DNA of 64,000 nt from Nitrosopumilus sp. Its GTDB lineage: Archaea > Thermoproteota > Nitrososphaeria > Nitrososphaerales > Nitrosopumilaceae. The notes under the pieces were generated by a model. It made no database searches. It saw nothing but the letters and a program-made list of their open reading frames with translations, and was not told where the DNA came from. Every line of letters begins with the position of its first letter. Position 1 is the stretch's first letter. The stretch lies in assembly GCA_963662625.1 (NCBI GenBank), contig OY759726.1, positions 64,001 to 128,000 of the forward strand, written 5' to 3'. The position numbers and the translations under genes are program-made. Positions 1 through 10,420 of the stretch are shown here, one piece after another.

Positions 1-1583
1 TTCAGGTCGAGCAGCGTCCCGTCGTCGTACTTTACCCGGTAAAAGCCGTACCGGCCGTAGTTTGCCACGAACCCGGGGGCCCCCTTGGGGAGGGTGGCGG
101 TCCCGGACCTCCCTGCGAGCATCGTCCTCGTGACGCTGCCGGGCAGCCCCAGGGACACCGGGACGCGCCACAGGCCCCCGGCCCGCCCCCCGCCGGGCTC
201 CAGCGTGTACCGCCCCTGCCTGAGCGACAGCCGCCTCCCCTTCTGCCCGATCTCCACCAGCGGGAACCCGGGCTGCGAGAGCCACGAGTTCACCATGGGG
301 CCGACGGGCATCTTCGAGGCCCTGCCTATCGCGTCCCAGAGGTCCTGCCCCCTCGCGTTGCCGTACTTGAAGTCCCGGAGGTACTTCCTGAGCCCCCGCC
401 GGAAGTTGGGCTCCCCGACGTAGTGCTCCAGCATCCTCAGGACGCAGCCGCCCTTGTCGTAGGATATGGCGTCGAAGATCTCCCGTATCTCCGCCGGCGA
501 GTCCACCTTGACGTCTATCGGGTGGGTGGACTTTAGGGCGTCGAGCCCCATGGCCGTGTTCATCGCCGTCTCGACGAACTGGTCCCACAGGTCCCACTCC
601 GGGTGCATCATGTCGACGAACTTCGTGGCCATGAACGTCGCGAAGCTCTCGTTGAGCCACAGGTCGTTCCACCACTCCATGGTGACCAGGTTGCCGAACC
701 ACTGGTGCGCGATCTCGTGCGATATGACCTCGGCGATGAACTGCTTGGTCCTGGTGGACGACGTCGCCGGGTCGTAGAGCAGTATGGTCTCGCGGAACGT
801 TATCGCGCCCCAGTTCTCCATGGCTCCCGCGGCAAAGTCGGGCACCGCGATCAGGTCCAGCTTGGGCAGCGGGTACCGTATCCCGAAGTACTCCTCGTAG
901 GCGGCCAGCAGCCTCTTGCCCAGGTCGAGGGAGAACCTGCCCTTCGACTTGTTGCCGCGGGTCGTGACCACGCGGACGCGGGTCCTGCCGGCCCTGCCCG
1001 AGACGTACTCGAACTCCCCCATCCCGAGGTACACCAGGTACGTGGACATGACGGGCGTCCTCTCGAACCTGTAGGCCGTCTTCCCCCCCGCCCTGCGCGC
1101 GGAGCGCACGGGCATGTTGGATATCGCGTCGAACCCCCTCGGCGCTATTATGGTTATGTCGAACGTCGCCTTCGCGGCGGGCTCGTCCCAGCACGGGAAC
1201 GCGCGCCTCGCGTCGGCCGCCTCGAACTGCGTGGTCGCCAGGAACCTGGTCCTGGACCCCTGCCTGTACCGGCTGCGGTAGAACCCGAGCAGCCTGTCGT
1301 TGAGGGCCCCCCGGAACTCCACGCGTATGGCGGCCCTGCCGCTGATCTTCCGGCCCAGCTTGATCCGCAGCTCCTCCTTCCCCTCGTCCGTCTCCGCGGC
1401 GCACGGCACGTCCTTCCCGCCCGCCGTCACCCGGCAGGACAGGATCTCTATCTCGGCGCAGTGCATCCTGATCGTGCCGGTGGGCCTCGCGCACTCCACC
1501 GTGATCTTCTCCCTCCCGCCAAACACCGCCTTGGCCAGGTCGGGCTCGAACTCGAGCTCGTAGTTCTTCGGGGTTACGTCCAC
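1..1583 (-). CDS. M1 family aminopeptidase (PepN/tricorn-interacting-factor-like), 3' end outside window
   Basis: Not in the ORF track because it runs off the edge. Minus-strand frame from GTG 1583 (VDVTPKNY...) contains TQFEAADARRAFPCWDEP, GAMENWG, HEIAHQW (HExxH), NDLWLNE and YDKG motifs. Confidence 0.93.
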   Translation of the reverse strand, partial: MDVTPKNYELEFEPDLAKAVFGGREKITVECARPTGTIRMHCAEIEILSCRVTAGGKDVPCAAETDEGKEELRIKLGRKISGRAAIRVEFRGALNDRLLGFYRSRYRQGSRTRFLATTQFEAADARRAFPCWDEPAAKATFDITIIAPRGFDAISNMPVRSARRAGGKTAYRFERTPVMSTYLVYLGMGEFEYVSGRAGRTRVRVVTTRGNKSKGRFSLDLGKRLLAAYEEYFGIRYPLPKLDLIAVPDFAAGAMENWGAITFRETILLYDPATSSTRTKQFIAEVISHEIAHQWFGNLVTMEWWNDLWLNESFATFMATKFVDMMHPEWDLWDQFVETAMNTAMGLDALKSTHPIDVKVDSPAEIREIFDAISYDKGGCVLRMLEHYVGEPNFRRGLRKYLRDFKYGNARGQDLWDAIGRASKMPVGPMVNSWLSQPGFPLVEIGQKGRRLSLRQGRYTLEPGGGRAGGLWRVPVSLGLPGSVTRTMLAGRSGTATLPKGAPGFVANYGRYGFYRVKYDDGTLLDL

Positions 1584-1732
1584 GCCATGGTTGCGCCGGA
1601 AGGCTTTATGTAGATTTAGGATCCGCCGCGCGGGAGGGGCGCGGCTCCCGCGGCCCGGCGCGGCGCCGGGCTTGGGGACGCCCCGACAGAAAATCAAATA
1701 AACCCCGCCGCGCCATAGATGGCAGGCACACG

Positions 1733-2155
1733 ATGAAGCAAAAGGCTGCACCGAGGAGCATCAAGGTCCTCGTCGCGAAGCTGGGGCTGGACGGCCACGA
1801 CAGGGGGGCGCTCGTCCTCTGCAGGGCGTTCAGGGACGCTGGGATGGAGGTGATCTACTCCGGGCTGTTCGCCACCCCCGAGAGGATCGCCCAGATCGCC
1901 GAGGACGAGGACGTCGACGCGGTCGCGATGAGCCTGCTGAACGGGGCCCACGGGACGCTGTTCCCGAGGGTGGTAAAGGCGCTCAGGAAGAAGGGGCTCG
2001 CCGACGTCCTGGTGGTGGGCGGCGGGGTCATCCCGGAGGTGGACCACGCGCGGCTGGTAAAGTCTGGGGTGGACCACGTGTTCGGCCCCGGCACCCCGCT
2101 GCCGGCCATAATCGACCACGTGACGCTCGGGGTGTCGAGGCTGAGGAAGATCTAG
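1733..2155 (+). CDS. Methylmalonyl-CoA mutase small (cobalamin-binding) subunit
   Basis: KLGLDGHDRGA (DxHxxG) B12-binding motif; VVGGGVIP; FGPGT. Confidence 0.9.
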   Translation: MKQKAAPRSIKVLVAKLGLDGHDRGALVLCRAFRDAGMEVIYSGLFATPERIAQIAEDEDVDAVAMSLLNGAHGTLFPRVVKALRKKGLADVLVVGGGVIPEVDHARLVKSGVDHVFGPGTPLPAIIDHVTLGVSRLRKI

Positions 2156-2284
2156 CGCCGTTGCATCGCCGGATCCGGCGTCGGGCACCCCCATACCGAC
2201 GGCAAGGCGGGGAGGCTCCGCCGGGAGATCCGGCGCGAGCCGCACGGGTCCGGGGAGATGGCGGGGGGCTTTGGTCTGAAGCAG

Positions 2285-2394
2285 GGTGGCAAGGCTGGCA
2301 CTTTTAGCATGTTATTTCCAGGTTCAGGAAGGCGCCGAAGATCATCGAGCACGTCAGGTAGCAAGGCTGGCACTTTTAGCATGTTATTTCCAGG
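2285..2394. repeat. Repeat-insert-repeat unit A: 38-bp direct repeat (1 mismatch) around a 34-bp unique insert
   Basis: ggtRgcaaggctggcacttttagcatgttatttccagg at 2285-2322 and 2357-2394; insert 2323-2356; period 72. Confidence 0.9.
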
Positions 2395-2395
2395 G

Positions 2396-2910
2396 TTGGC
2401 CGCGGGCAAGGCCGCGATCTTTGTTGGTGCCGGGCGTGCCTAACTGCAGTGACTCGCAAAAAAAGCAAGGGGGCTGATCCTGTAAAACCATCCGAGGCCC
2501 TTGCAAAAGACCCGCGGGAGAAGACGGCGTTTTATGATGCGCTGCCAAGGTCTGGAACCAGCACGCATTCAAACGCGCAAAGATTTCGCAGCAGGACATC
2601 CAAATCGGACGAGTGCGAAGTACGCCTTGGAAGGCTGCAGCGTGGCGGGCGCGGCAGGCCAACGCAAAGGGTGGTCGGCGTGAGGCCGGGGGTCGATCTG
2701 GTTCAAATGAGCGTGAAGGGGGACTTTGACGCTGAAATCCTAACCACGGGCGATGGCGATTTCCCGCATGCCGTGGAAAAGGCTCTGGAAGTTAGCGCGA
2801 AGGCCAAGCTGGCCTATTTCCCAGGCTCGCCAATCAACGAGGAATTTCGACGGCCTTTTGACGGATGTGGGATTCTTCATGACGCATTGTTAGGTGCGTG
2901 CGAGCTGTGA
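2396..2910 (+). pseudogene. Degenerate NYN (LabA/DUF88, PIN-like) nuclease
   Basis: N-terminal KAAIFVG (expected AIFxD) followed by TAA at 2441. A downstream frame has FYDALP, VRLGRLQ, QRVVG (decayed QKGVD), GVDLV, ILTTGDGDF and LAYFP. Confidence 0.7.
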
Positions 2911-3122
2911 TGCAGGATCACTTATGAGCAAAAACTTAGCCCCGGATCTGTACTGTAGCGACGCGCGTAAGCCCACGGGATCAATTTTGTCAGACCGAGA
3001 CGCATTTTGATCGCGGCGTCCCGCGCAAGCCATGGCCACAACCGCGCCGGAAGATCCCGGGAAGGCGCGCAAAAAAGGGAAGGGCCAGAACCAGCCCCGG
3101 CCGCAGCGCATCCGTCTTCGCG

Positions 3123-4121
3123 CTACTCGGTCGAGCCGGGCCACATCATCTTCCGCATCTCCCTGCCGACCTTCTCGATCTGGTGCCCTTCGTACCGCCG
3201 CATGTGCCTGTCAAACGAGTCCCTGCCGCTCTTCCCGTACTCCGACACCCACTCGTCGTTGAACGTGCCGTCCTGGATCATCGCGAGGACCTTCCTCATG
3301 TTCTCCTTGCTCGCGGCGTCCATCACCATCGGGCCGCGCGTCAGGCCGCCGTACCTGGCTGTCTCGCTGACGCGCCTCCACATCCCGTTTATCCCGTACC
3401 TCTGGATCATGTCCACGATGAGCTTCAGCTCGTGCAGCACCTCAAAGTAGGCGATCTCCGGCTGGTAGCCGGCCTCGACCAGCGTCTCGAACGCGTTGGT
3501 GACCATCGACGCGGCGCCGCCGCACAGGTCGGCCTGCTCGCCGAACCAGTCGGTCTCCACCTCCTCCTTGAAGGTGGTCTGGATCAGCCCCGCGCGGGCG
3601 CTGCCTATGGCCTTGGCGATCCCCAGGGTCCTGTCCCAGGCCTTCCCGGTAAAGTCGCGCTCCACGGCCACGATCGACGGGGTCCCGAAGCCCTCGAGGA
3701 ACGTCTCGCGCACCTTGGATCCCGGCCCCTTGGGCGCCACCATGATCAGGTCGACGTCGCCCGGGGGCTCTATCCACTTCCAGTGGATCGCCGCGGCGTG
3801 CGAGAACGAGAGCGCGTTCCCCTCGGAGAGGTTCGGCCCTATCTCTTCCCGGTACGCGCGGCCCTGGACCATGTCGGGGATCAGCACGTGGACTATGTCC
3901 GCGCCCCTCACGGCGTCTGCCACGGGCGCCACCCTGTGGCCGTCGGACTCGGCCGCCTTCCAGCTGCCGCCGCCCTCCTTGAGCCCCACGGTCACGTCCA
4001 GGCCGGAGTCCTTCATGTTGTTTGCCTGCGCCCTGCCCTGGATCCCGTACCCGATTACCGCTATCGCCTGGCCCCTCACGGGGTCGAGGCTGATGTCCGC
4101 GTCCTTCCACGTCGTCGCCAT
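3123..4121 (-). CDS. ilvC: Ketol-acid reductoisomerase
   Basis: IGYGIQG Rossmann motif, MVAPKGPG, EEVETDWFGEQ, AYFEVLHE, SETARYG. Confidence 0.97.
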   Translation of the reverse strand: MATTWKDADISLDPVRGQAIAVIGYGIQGRAQANNMKDSGLDVTVGLKEGGGSWKAAESDGHRVAPVADAVRGADIVHVLIPDMVQGRAYREEIGPNLSEGNALSFSHAAAIHWKWIEPPGDVDLIMVAPKGPGSKVRETFLEGFGTPSIVAVERDFTGKAWDRTLGIAKAIGSARAGLIQTTFKEEVETDWFGEQADLCGGAASMVTNAFETLVEAGYQPEIAYFEVLHELKLIVDMIQRYGINGMWRRVSETARYGGLTRGPMVMDAASKENMRKVLAMIQDGTFNDEWVSEYGKSGRDSFDRHMRRYEGHQIEKVGREMRKMMWPGSTE

Positions 4122-4298
4122 CAGGGATCACTGGCGATTACTGCAAATATTAACTATTGAGTTCCGGGGCGCCGGCGGCCTAGAGCTCGGCCTCCCTCCC
4201 GCACCGCCTGCACCTCACCCTGACCCCCGGCCCGGGCAGCCTCTCGAACCGCTTCGAGCCGCAGCCGGGGCATATGGGGCACGCGCGCGCGGGCTTCA

Positions 4299-4829
4299 TC
4301 AGTGCTCCGTCGGCCTCGTGTCGGACCCGGAGATCGCCTCCAGGCGCCCCCGGCCGCCCGCCTCCCGGATCATCCGGGCCACGGGGGGAGGCACCAGCCC
4401 CTCCCAGTCGCCGCCAGAGGCGATCTTGGCGCGGATGCCGCTTGCGTTGTACCTCCCCCTGTCCAGGAAGTCCGGCCTGGCCACCTCGATCGACGAGTCG
4501 GCAAGCAGCATCGAGACGTAGCCGTTGCCGCTGTACACCCTGTCAAACGACGGCAGCGCGGCCCTGAGGTACGAGGCCCACGTCGCGATGTTGGGCTGGT
4601 TCTCGACTGCCGTTATGAAGCACCTCGAGAGCGGCAGCCCGGCGTCCAGGAGCGACGCGTGCACCATCTCGAGCCGCTCGCCGGCGGTGAACGGGTCCTT
4701 TTCCATGTAGTTGAACTGCGCGCTGGTGACCGCGATTATGGCCTCGTCGCACTCCGAGAGCACCTGCCTTGCCAGGTCCAGGTGCCCCAGGTGGAAGGGC
4801 TGGAACCGGCCCATCATCAGTCCCCGCAT
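4299..4829 (-). CDS. Nicotinamide-nucleotide adenylyltransferase (archaeal NMNAT)
   Basis: GRFQPFHLGH, PFTAGER, YSGN, ASGIR motifs. Confidence 0.92.
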   Translation of the reverse strand: MRGLMMGRFQPFHLGHLDLARQVLSECDEAIIAVTSAQFNYMEKDPFTAGERLEMVHASLLDAGLPLSRCFITAVENQPNIATWASYLRAALPSFDRVYSGNGYVSMLLADSSIEVARPDFLDRGRYNASGIRAKIASGGDWEGLVPPPVARMIREAGGRGRLEAISGSDTRPTEH

Positions 4830-5351
4830 GGGTTTGGGTGAGGCTTGATTTTATTAAAACCAGCCTATTTGGCGCCGCGCGGGGCCGCGCGGCCGGCCGG
4901 GGGGCGAAGCCGGCAGGGACGGTGCTGCGCACCGGCGGATCACGGTCGCCGGGACGGGCGATCGCCTAGCGCGATCACTGCGCAACGCGCCAGGCATTTT
5001 TGGGCCTGCCCCGGCCCGCGCGGGCCGGACCCGGCTCCGGCGCCTCAGCCGCGCAAGATGAGGCAGGTTTTGTGGCTTTTTTGGCGGGTTTTTATCCTCG
5101 TCTGGCCGTTTCTCTTCAAATCAATGGTCTTTTGCCTGCCATTGAGCGCTGCCAGGCATTTGGCGAAGAGGCCGCCGCGGCCGGCCAAGATGTCTCTTTC
5201 GCGTTCGATTCCTGCCGGATCGCATTCTGGGAACGCGGCGCCTACGGCGCCCATGCCGACGCGGCGGCCTCCGTACAGCATTTCCAGGTCCCCGCATGCG
5301 CGTGGCCCGGATCCTTCGGTCAAGGAATGCTGTCACGGTGGTTTGGACGGT

Positions 5352-5660
5352 TCAACGGGGAACCGGCGGCGGGGCCTGCCCTAATTGATCTGTTGCGGTT
5401 TGGATCGCTTCCTGCCGCCGTAAAGACCGGAATTGCCGCCCAAGTTTAATCATCGAAATGCCGCCGGCGATCATACAAATGCCTATCAAGAGATTGGCAA
5501 AGATCAGGTAATCGCCGCCTTCAAAATCGACAGGGGGGGTGACCGAGGCGGATGTCATGGCACCATATAGAAACACGAACAGCATGATCGGAAATGCCCA
5601 CAAAAAGTACGCGGATGCCACAATCAGAACGACGCCCAGCGCTCGAGGGTATTTGCTCAT
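5352..5660 (-). CDS. Hypothetical membrane protein in a low-GC islet
   Basis: ATG at 5660 overlaps the upstream stop (ATGA); two hydrophobic segments. Confidence 0.6.
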   Translation of the reverse strand: MSKYPRALGVVLIVASAYFLWAFPIMLFVFLYGAMTSASVTPPVDFEGGDYLIFANLLIGICMIAGGISMIKLGRQFRSLRRQEAIQTATDQLGQAPPPVPR

Positions 5661-6510
5661 AAATAAAAAAGCTGCCAGGTAGCAAGCAGCGTTACCCCTG
5701 TCCAACCTAGTTGCGTTGTTTTCCCGTTCGGCCTTTCGTACTCGTTAGTGGTCGTGATCAGCGTTAATCTGTCTGGACCAAATGCGTCGCAATTGATTGC
5801 GTCAAAGGTTTCAGAACTGTTGCTTGTCTTCAGCGTGCATATTTGTGTTTTTATGGGGCCGTTGCCCGGAATTGCGGCAGCCAGTACGTAATGTGTCTTT
5901 TTTGTCTCTTCATGCTCTATTGTTTCACACGTTCGGCTCCTTCGCTCTTTGAATTTCTTGTCCATTTCATCAGGATGTGTGAATTCGCCTGAAATTTCAG
6001 CAGTTCCATCCGTGTATGATATTAGCGTGGATTTTGCGTTACCATATGCGTATTTTTTGTCTTTACAGTCGTATTGTGATTGCCGATGCCAGTTCTTTTT
6101 GTACACGTCTATGGTTTCCCCTGCGATTTTGCAACATCGCCCGATGGCTCCGTTACGTTTTCGCTGTCTGGTTGCTTTGGATAGGTGTCTTCCAGCAGTC
6201 GTGTCAGGTTATTGATTTTCTCTAGTCGCAGTTGCTCCGTTTCATAACCCTCATCTGGTTTGTCTGACTGTTCAGAAGTTATGATTATTTCTTTGGCAAT
6301 GACCAGCCTGTCAGGTGATTTCTGCAACCCGGTTCTTTGTTCAGAATCTGCATTTTCGATTGCTTGCAGATATGTTGCTATCGCCGAGTTTATTTCTTCG
6401 ATGTCAGTGGCCCCGTCGGATCCAGACGCGGCGTTCATGGTACTGAACGGCAGGATCATCGCAACGATCAAAGTGGCAAACAGGATTGTTTTCGAGTTTT
6501 TTCCCGCCAT
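5657..6510 (-). pseudogene. Secreted hypothetical protein, apparently split by a frameshift (ORFs 6109-6510 and 5657-6106)
   Basis: Signal peptide MAGKNSKTILFATLIVAMILPFS. The downstream frame is open across the stop (IAGETIDVYKK). GC is much lower than in the flanks. Confidence 0.55.
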
Positions 6511-6620
6511 TGCGTGGGGTTACTCGCCTTCGTTATATAGCAATTGACATCTGTTTGCGGCGTGCCTTTTGGGCGTGAAAACGCAGGAAGCCGCCGGCGC
6601 GGGCCGCCAGCGCCCCGGGA

Positions 6621-7376
6621 TCACGGGAACGACTCCAGCACCGCCGCGTAGCTCGCGAACCTGTGGTTCTCCGGGACGACCCTCACGTCGCGGTACCTGG
6701 GCATCGCCCTGCCCGACGCGCCGCGGAGCCCGAGGGGGGGCCACGCGAGGCCGGCCCCGCCCGCCGCGGAGAGGACCTCGTCGGCGGGGCTGTAGTAGTT
6801 GACCACCTCCCCGGCCACCACCAGGCCCAGGTTCCCCGAGTGCCCCGGGGACGACGGGACGCCGCTGGGTATGGACGCGCCGAAGAGGTGCACGCTCTCT
6901 ATCGCACCCCGGTTGCCGGGCCTCCTCGCGAGCCGCTCCACGGTGCTCAGTATCACCTGCGATCCCAGCGAGTGGCCCAGCAGGCGGATCCTCGTGCCGG
7001 GGCTGGCCGCCCTGAAGTCCTCCACGAACAGCGAGAGGTTGCGGCCGTTCTTCGCGGCGATCCTCTGCCCCGCCGCGAGCGCGCGCCTCGCGTGCCGGGC
7101 CAGGTGGGCGCCCCTCGTGTTGGAGTCGTAGCTCAGCCCCACCACGGGGTGGCGGTAGCCCAGCTCCGCCAGCCTGCCCCTGGCGATCTCCACCTTGTCG
7201 GCTGCCCCCCTGCTGTCGTTTCTCAGGCCGTGGATCATTATCGCCAGCTCCCCGGATCCCACGAGCCCCGCGAAGGCCCGCCTCGGGTACAGGTAGTACC
7301 TGTTCCTCTTGAGCGTCCTGCCCGTCGTCAGGTCGTAATAGCCCCGGGTCGACACCCTGGGCACGGCGCGCCTCAC
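6621..7376 (-). CDS. Alpha/beta hydrolase (DUF726/DUF900-like)
   Basis: GTG start overlaps the metG stop; IHG oxyanion motif, GHSLG nucleophile elbow, NYYSPADEVL, terminal NH. Confidence 0.8.
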   Translation of the reverse strand: MRRAVPRVSTRGYYDLTTGRTLKRNRYYLYPRRAFAGLVGSGELAIMIHGLRNDSRGAADKVEIARGRLAELGYRHPVVGLSYDSNTRGAHLARHARRALAAGQRIAAKNGRNLSLFVEDFRAASPGTRIRLLGHSLGSQVILSTVERLARRPGNRGAIESVHLFGASIPSGVPSSPGHSGNLGLVVAGEVVNYYSPADEVLSAAGGAGLAWPPLGLRGASGRAMPRYRDVRVVPENHRFASYAAVLESFP

Positions 7377-9031
7377 GGCCGGCGCCGCCCCAGGCGGCCC
7401 TTGTGCACCTCGATGTCCTGCGGCTCCACCCTGGCAAACAGCGGCGACGGCGTCCCGATGCGGCGGCCGGGCTCCATGCCGCAGTCGGACATGTCGGCCC
7501 ACCCGCGGTCGGCGACGCCCCCCTCCAGCCCCAGCTGCCCCCAGATCCTCTGCGACGACCCCGGGATGAACGGGTACAGCGCTATGGCCAGGCTCCGCGC
7601 CGCGTTGACCGAGAGGTAGACGCAGTTGGCGGTCCCGGGGCCGCCCTCCCACGGCTTTTTGTGCTGGAAGTACTGGTTGAACGAGGAGGAGAACTCCATG
7701 GCCCCCCTGAGCGCCCGGTCCAGGCGGTTCTCCCGCATCAGCGGCTCCAGCCGGCCCGCGAGCGACCCGATCCTGGACTCGGCGTCCCTGTCGGCGCCGT
7801 CGGGCTCCCCGGGCTCGGGGACCACCCCGCCGAACGCCTTCCTGGCGAACCCGAGCGCGCGGTTCACGAAGTTCCCCGCGTTCCCTATGAGCTCCGAGTT
7901 TATCCTGGCGGCAAACTCGTCCCAGTCGAAGTTCAGGTCGTCCTGGGAGTACGGGTTGATGGCGACCAGGTAGTACCGGAGGTAGTCGGCCGGGTAGTAT
8001 CCCAGGAACTCCTTCAGCCCGATGTACCAGTTCCTGCTCTTCGATATCTTCCGCGACTGCAGCGTGAGGTAGCCGCGCGTCGGGATGTGGTCGGGTAGCT
8101 TGTACTCGCGCCCGATCCCCATCCGTACCGCGGGCAGGAACAGGTAGTGGTGGTACGCTATGTCCTTGCCGATAAAGTGGTAGATGTCCGCCGAGTTCCA
8201 GAACTCCTTCCCGTCCACCCCCCGGCCCCTGAGGAACTCCACCGCGGAGGTCATGTACGCCAGGTGGTTGTCGAACCAGCCGTAGAACACCTTCCCCCCG
8301 GCCCCGTCCAGCGGGACGGGCACCCCCCACGGGATGTCCCGCGTGATGTCCCAGTCGATCAGGCCCGACCCTATCCAGTTCTGGACGTACTTTTTGACGT
8401 CCTTCTGGAGGTTCTGGTTCCCGTCGAGCCACTCCGACAGCTCGCCCCCGAAGTCCTTCAGCCTGAAGAAGTAGTGCGTCGTCCTCTCCTTGGTGGGCGG
8501 GCGGCCGCAGATCGAGCACCGCGGGTCCGAGATCTCCTCCGGGACGCGGCCGCAGTCCTCGCACAGGTCGGAGTACTGGTCGGCCGCGCCGCAGTGGGGG
8601 CACGTGCCCTTGACGTACCTGTCGGGGAGGAACTTCCCGTCGTTGGCGCAGTAGAACTGGATGATCTCCCTCTCGTACACGTGGCCCGCCGAGCGCAGCT
8701 TCCTGAAGACGTCCTGCACGAAGGCGGCGTGCTCGGGCGAGCTGGTCCTGTGGAAGTAGTCGAAGGCGATGCCGAACGCCGCAAAGTCCTCGCGGTAGCG
8801 CCCGTTCCAGTACCTGACGTACTCCCCCGGATCCCTGCCCTCCTTCTCGGACTGGATGAGGATCGGGGTGCCAAAGTCGTCTGACGCGCAGACGTGGTAC
8901 GCCTCGACCCCGGTCATCCTCAGGAACCGGGTGGTGACGTCGGCCGGCAGGTACGTGGAGGCGACGTGCCCCAGGTGGATCTCCCCGTTGGCGTAGGGCA
9001 GCGCGCTGGTCACTATGGCCTTCCTTCCCAT
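7373..9031 (-). CDS. metG: Methionine--tRNA ligase
   Basis: SALPYANGEIHLGH, zinc knuckles, DWDITRD, FIGKDI, KISKS. Confidence 0.97.
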   Translation of the reverse strand: MGRKAIVTSALPYANGEIHLGHVASTYLPADVTTRFLRMTGVEAYHVCASDDFGTPILIQSEKEGRDPGEYVRYWNGRYREDFAAFGIAFDYFHRTSSPEHAAFVQDVFRKLRSAGHVYEREIIQFYCANDGKFLPDRYVKGTCPHCGAADQYSDLCEDCGRVPEEISDPRCSICGRPPTKERTTHYFFRLKDFGGELSEWLDGNQNLQKDVKKYVQNWIGSGLIDWDITRDIPWGVPVPLDGAGGKVFYGWFDNHLAYMTSAVEFLRGRGVDGKEFWNSADIYHFIGKDIAYHHYLFLPAVRMGIGREYKLPDHIPTRGYLTLQSRKISKSRNWYIGLKEFLGYYPADYLRYYLVAINPYSQDDLNFDWDEFAARINSELIGNAGNFVNRALGFARKAFGGVVPEPGEPDGADRDAESRIGSLAGRLEPLMRENRLDRALRGAMEFSSSFNQYFQHKKPWEGGPGTANCVYLSVNAARSLAIALYPFIPGSSQRIWGQLGLEGGVADRGWADMSDCGMEPGRRIGTPSPLFARVEPQDIEVHKGRLGRRRP

Positions 9032-9082
9032 CCCTGTCAGTCCCGCCCGAGGGCTTAAGAAGCTTCTCAAGCGCCGCTGCGG

Positions 9083-10330
9083 CTACCAGCTGCTCGCGTA
9101 CCTGGCCTGCTCCCGGGTCAGCCTGTCGATCCTGACGCCCATCGCCCTCAGCGCGTCGACTGCCACCTGCCGGTCTATCTCCTCGGGCACGTTGGTCACG
9201 GCCCTGCCCATCTTCCCGTGGTTCTCAAGGATGTAAAGGACCGACAGCAGCTGGTTGGAGAACGACTGCGCCATGACCTCCGGCGGGTGCCCCTCGGCGG
9301 CGACGAGGTTTGCCAGCCTCCCCTCCCCCACGAGGTACACGCGCTTGCCGCCCTTGAGCGTGCACTCGTCCAGGCTGGGCCTCACCCTCCGGACCGACCT
9401 CGACTTTTTGAGCAGGAAGTCGCTGTCGATCTCCACGTCAAAGTGCCCCACGTTGCCCATGATCGCGCCGTCCTTCATCCTCTCTATGTGCCGCCTCCCG
9501 ATCACCCCGGTCATGCCGGTGCACGTCACGAATATGTCGCCCAGCGCGCACGCGCGGGACATCGGCATGACGTCGAACCCGTCCATGTGCGCCTCCAGCG
9601 CCTTCACGGGATCGACCTCGGTCACTATGACCCTGCAGCCCATCCCCCTGCAGCGGGCGGCCACGCCCCTGCCGACCCAGCCGTACCCGGCGACCACGAC
9701 GCGCTTTGACGCCATCAGCAGGTTCATCGCCCGGAGGTACCCGTCGATCGTGCTCTGCCCCGTCCCGTACCTGTTGTCAAACATGTGCTTCGTGTACGCC
9801 TCGTTTACCAGGATCACCGGGTAGCGCAGCATGCCCTTGGCCTCCACCGCCCTTATCCGCGTGACGCCGGCGGTGGTCTCCTCGGTGGCCCCCAGTATCT
9901 CCAGGTCGCGGAACTTCTCGTCAAAGTGGGCCCTTATGTTCATGTCGGCCCCGTCGTCGACCAGGACCGAGGGCCCGTGCCCCAGCACCTGCCCGATGCA
10001 CCAGTCGTACTCCCTGGCGGACTGGCCGTTCCACGCGTACACGTGGATCTTCTGCGACGCCAGGAACGCCGCGACGTCGTCCTGCGTGGTGAGCGGGTTG
10101 CCGGCGCAGCACGCGACGGTGGCGCCGAGCTCCCTGGCGCCCATCAGCAGCACCGCCGTCTCCTTCGTTATGTGGAGGCAGAACCCGACCGTCACCCCCC
10201 TGAGCGGCCTGGACTTCCTCAGCCGCGCGAGCGTGTTGTCGAGTATCGGCATGTGCGACCTCGCCCACTCGTAGGACAGCCGGCCCTCCCTGACCAGCCT
10301 AGCCGAAGTCTTCACCTTGCTCAACACCAT
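9083..10330 (-). CDS. ahcY: Adenosylhomocysteinase
   Basis: GATEETTAG, KHMFDNRYGTGQS, GYGWVGRG, GHFDVEID, GHPPEVM. Confidence 0.96.
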   Translation of the reverse strand: MVLSKVKTSARLVREGRLSYEWARSHMPILDNTLARLRKSRPLRGVTVGFCLHITKETAVLLMGARELGATVACCAGNPLTTQDDVAAFLASQKIHVYAWNGQSAREYDWCIGQVLGHGPSVLVDDGADMNIRAHFDEKFRDLEILGATEETTAGVTRIRAVEAKGMLRYPVILVNEAYTKHMFDNRYGTGQSTIDGYLRAMNLLMASKRVVVAGYGWVGRGVAARCRGMGCRVIVTEVDPVKALEAHMDGFDVMPMSRACALGDIFVTCTGMTGVIGRRHIERMKDGAIMGNVGHFDVEIDSDFLLKKSRSVRRVRPSLDECTLKGGKRVYLVGEGRLANLVAAEGHPPEVMAQSFSNQLLSVLYILENHGKMGRAVTNVPEEIDRQVAVDALRAMGVRIDRLTREQARYASSW

Positions 10331-10420
10331 TGCACGGCCCGCGGACGAATAAAACTCTTGAGATCCCACGGGGGCCGCGGCACCAAAGGCTAGAAATAGC
10401 CAGCGCCCCGGTACATTACC

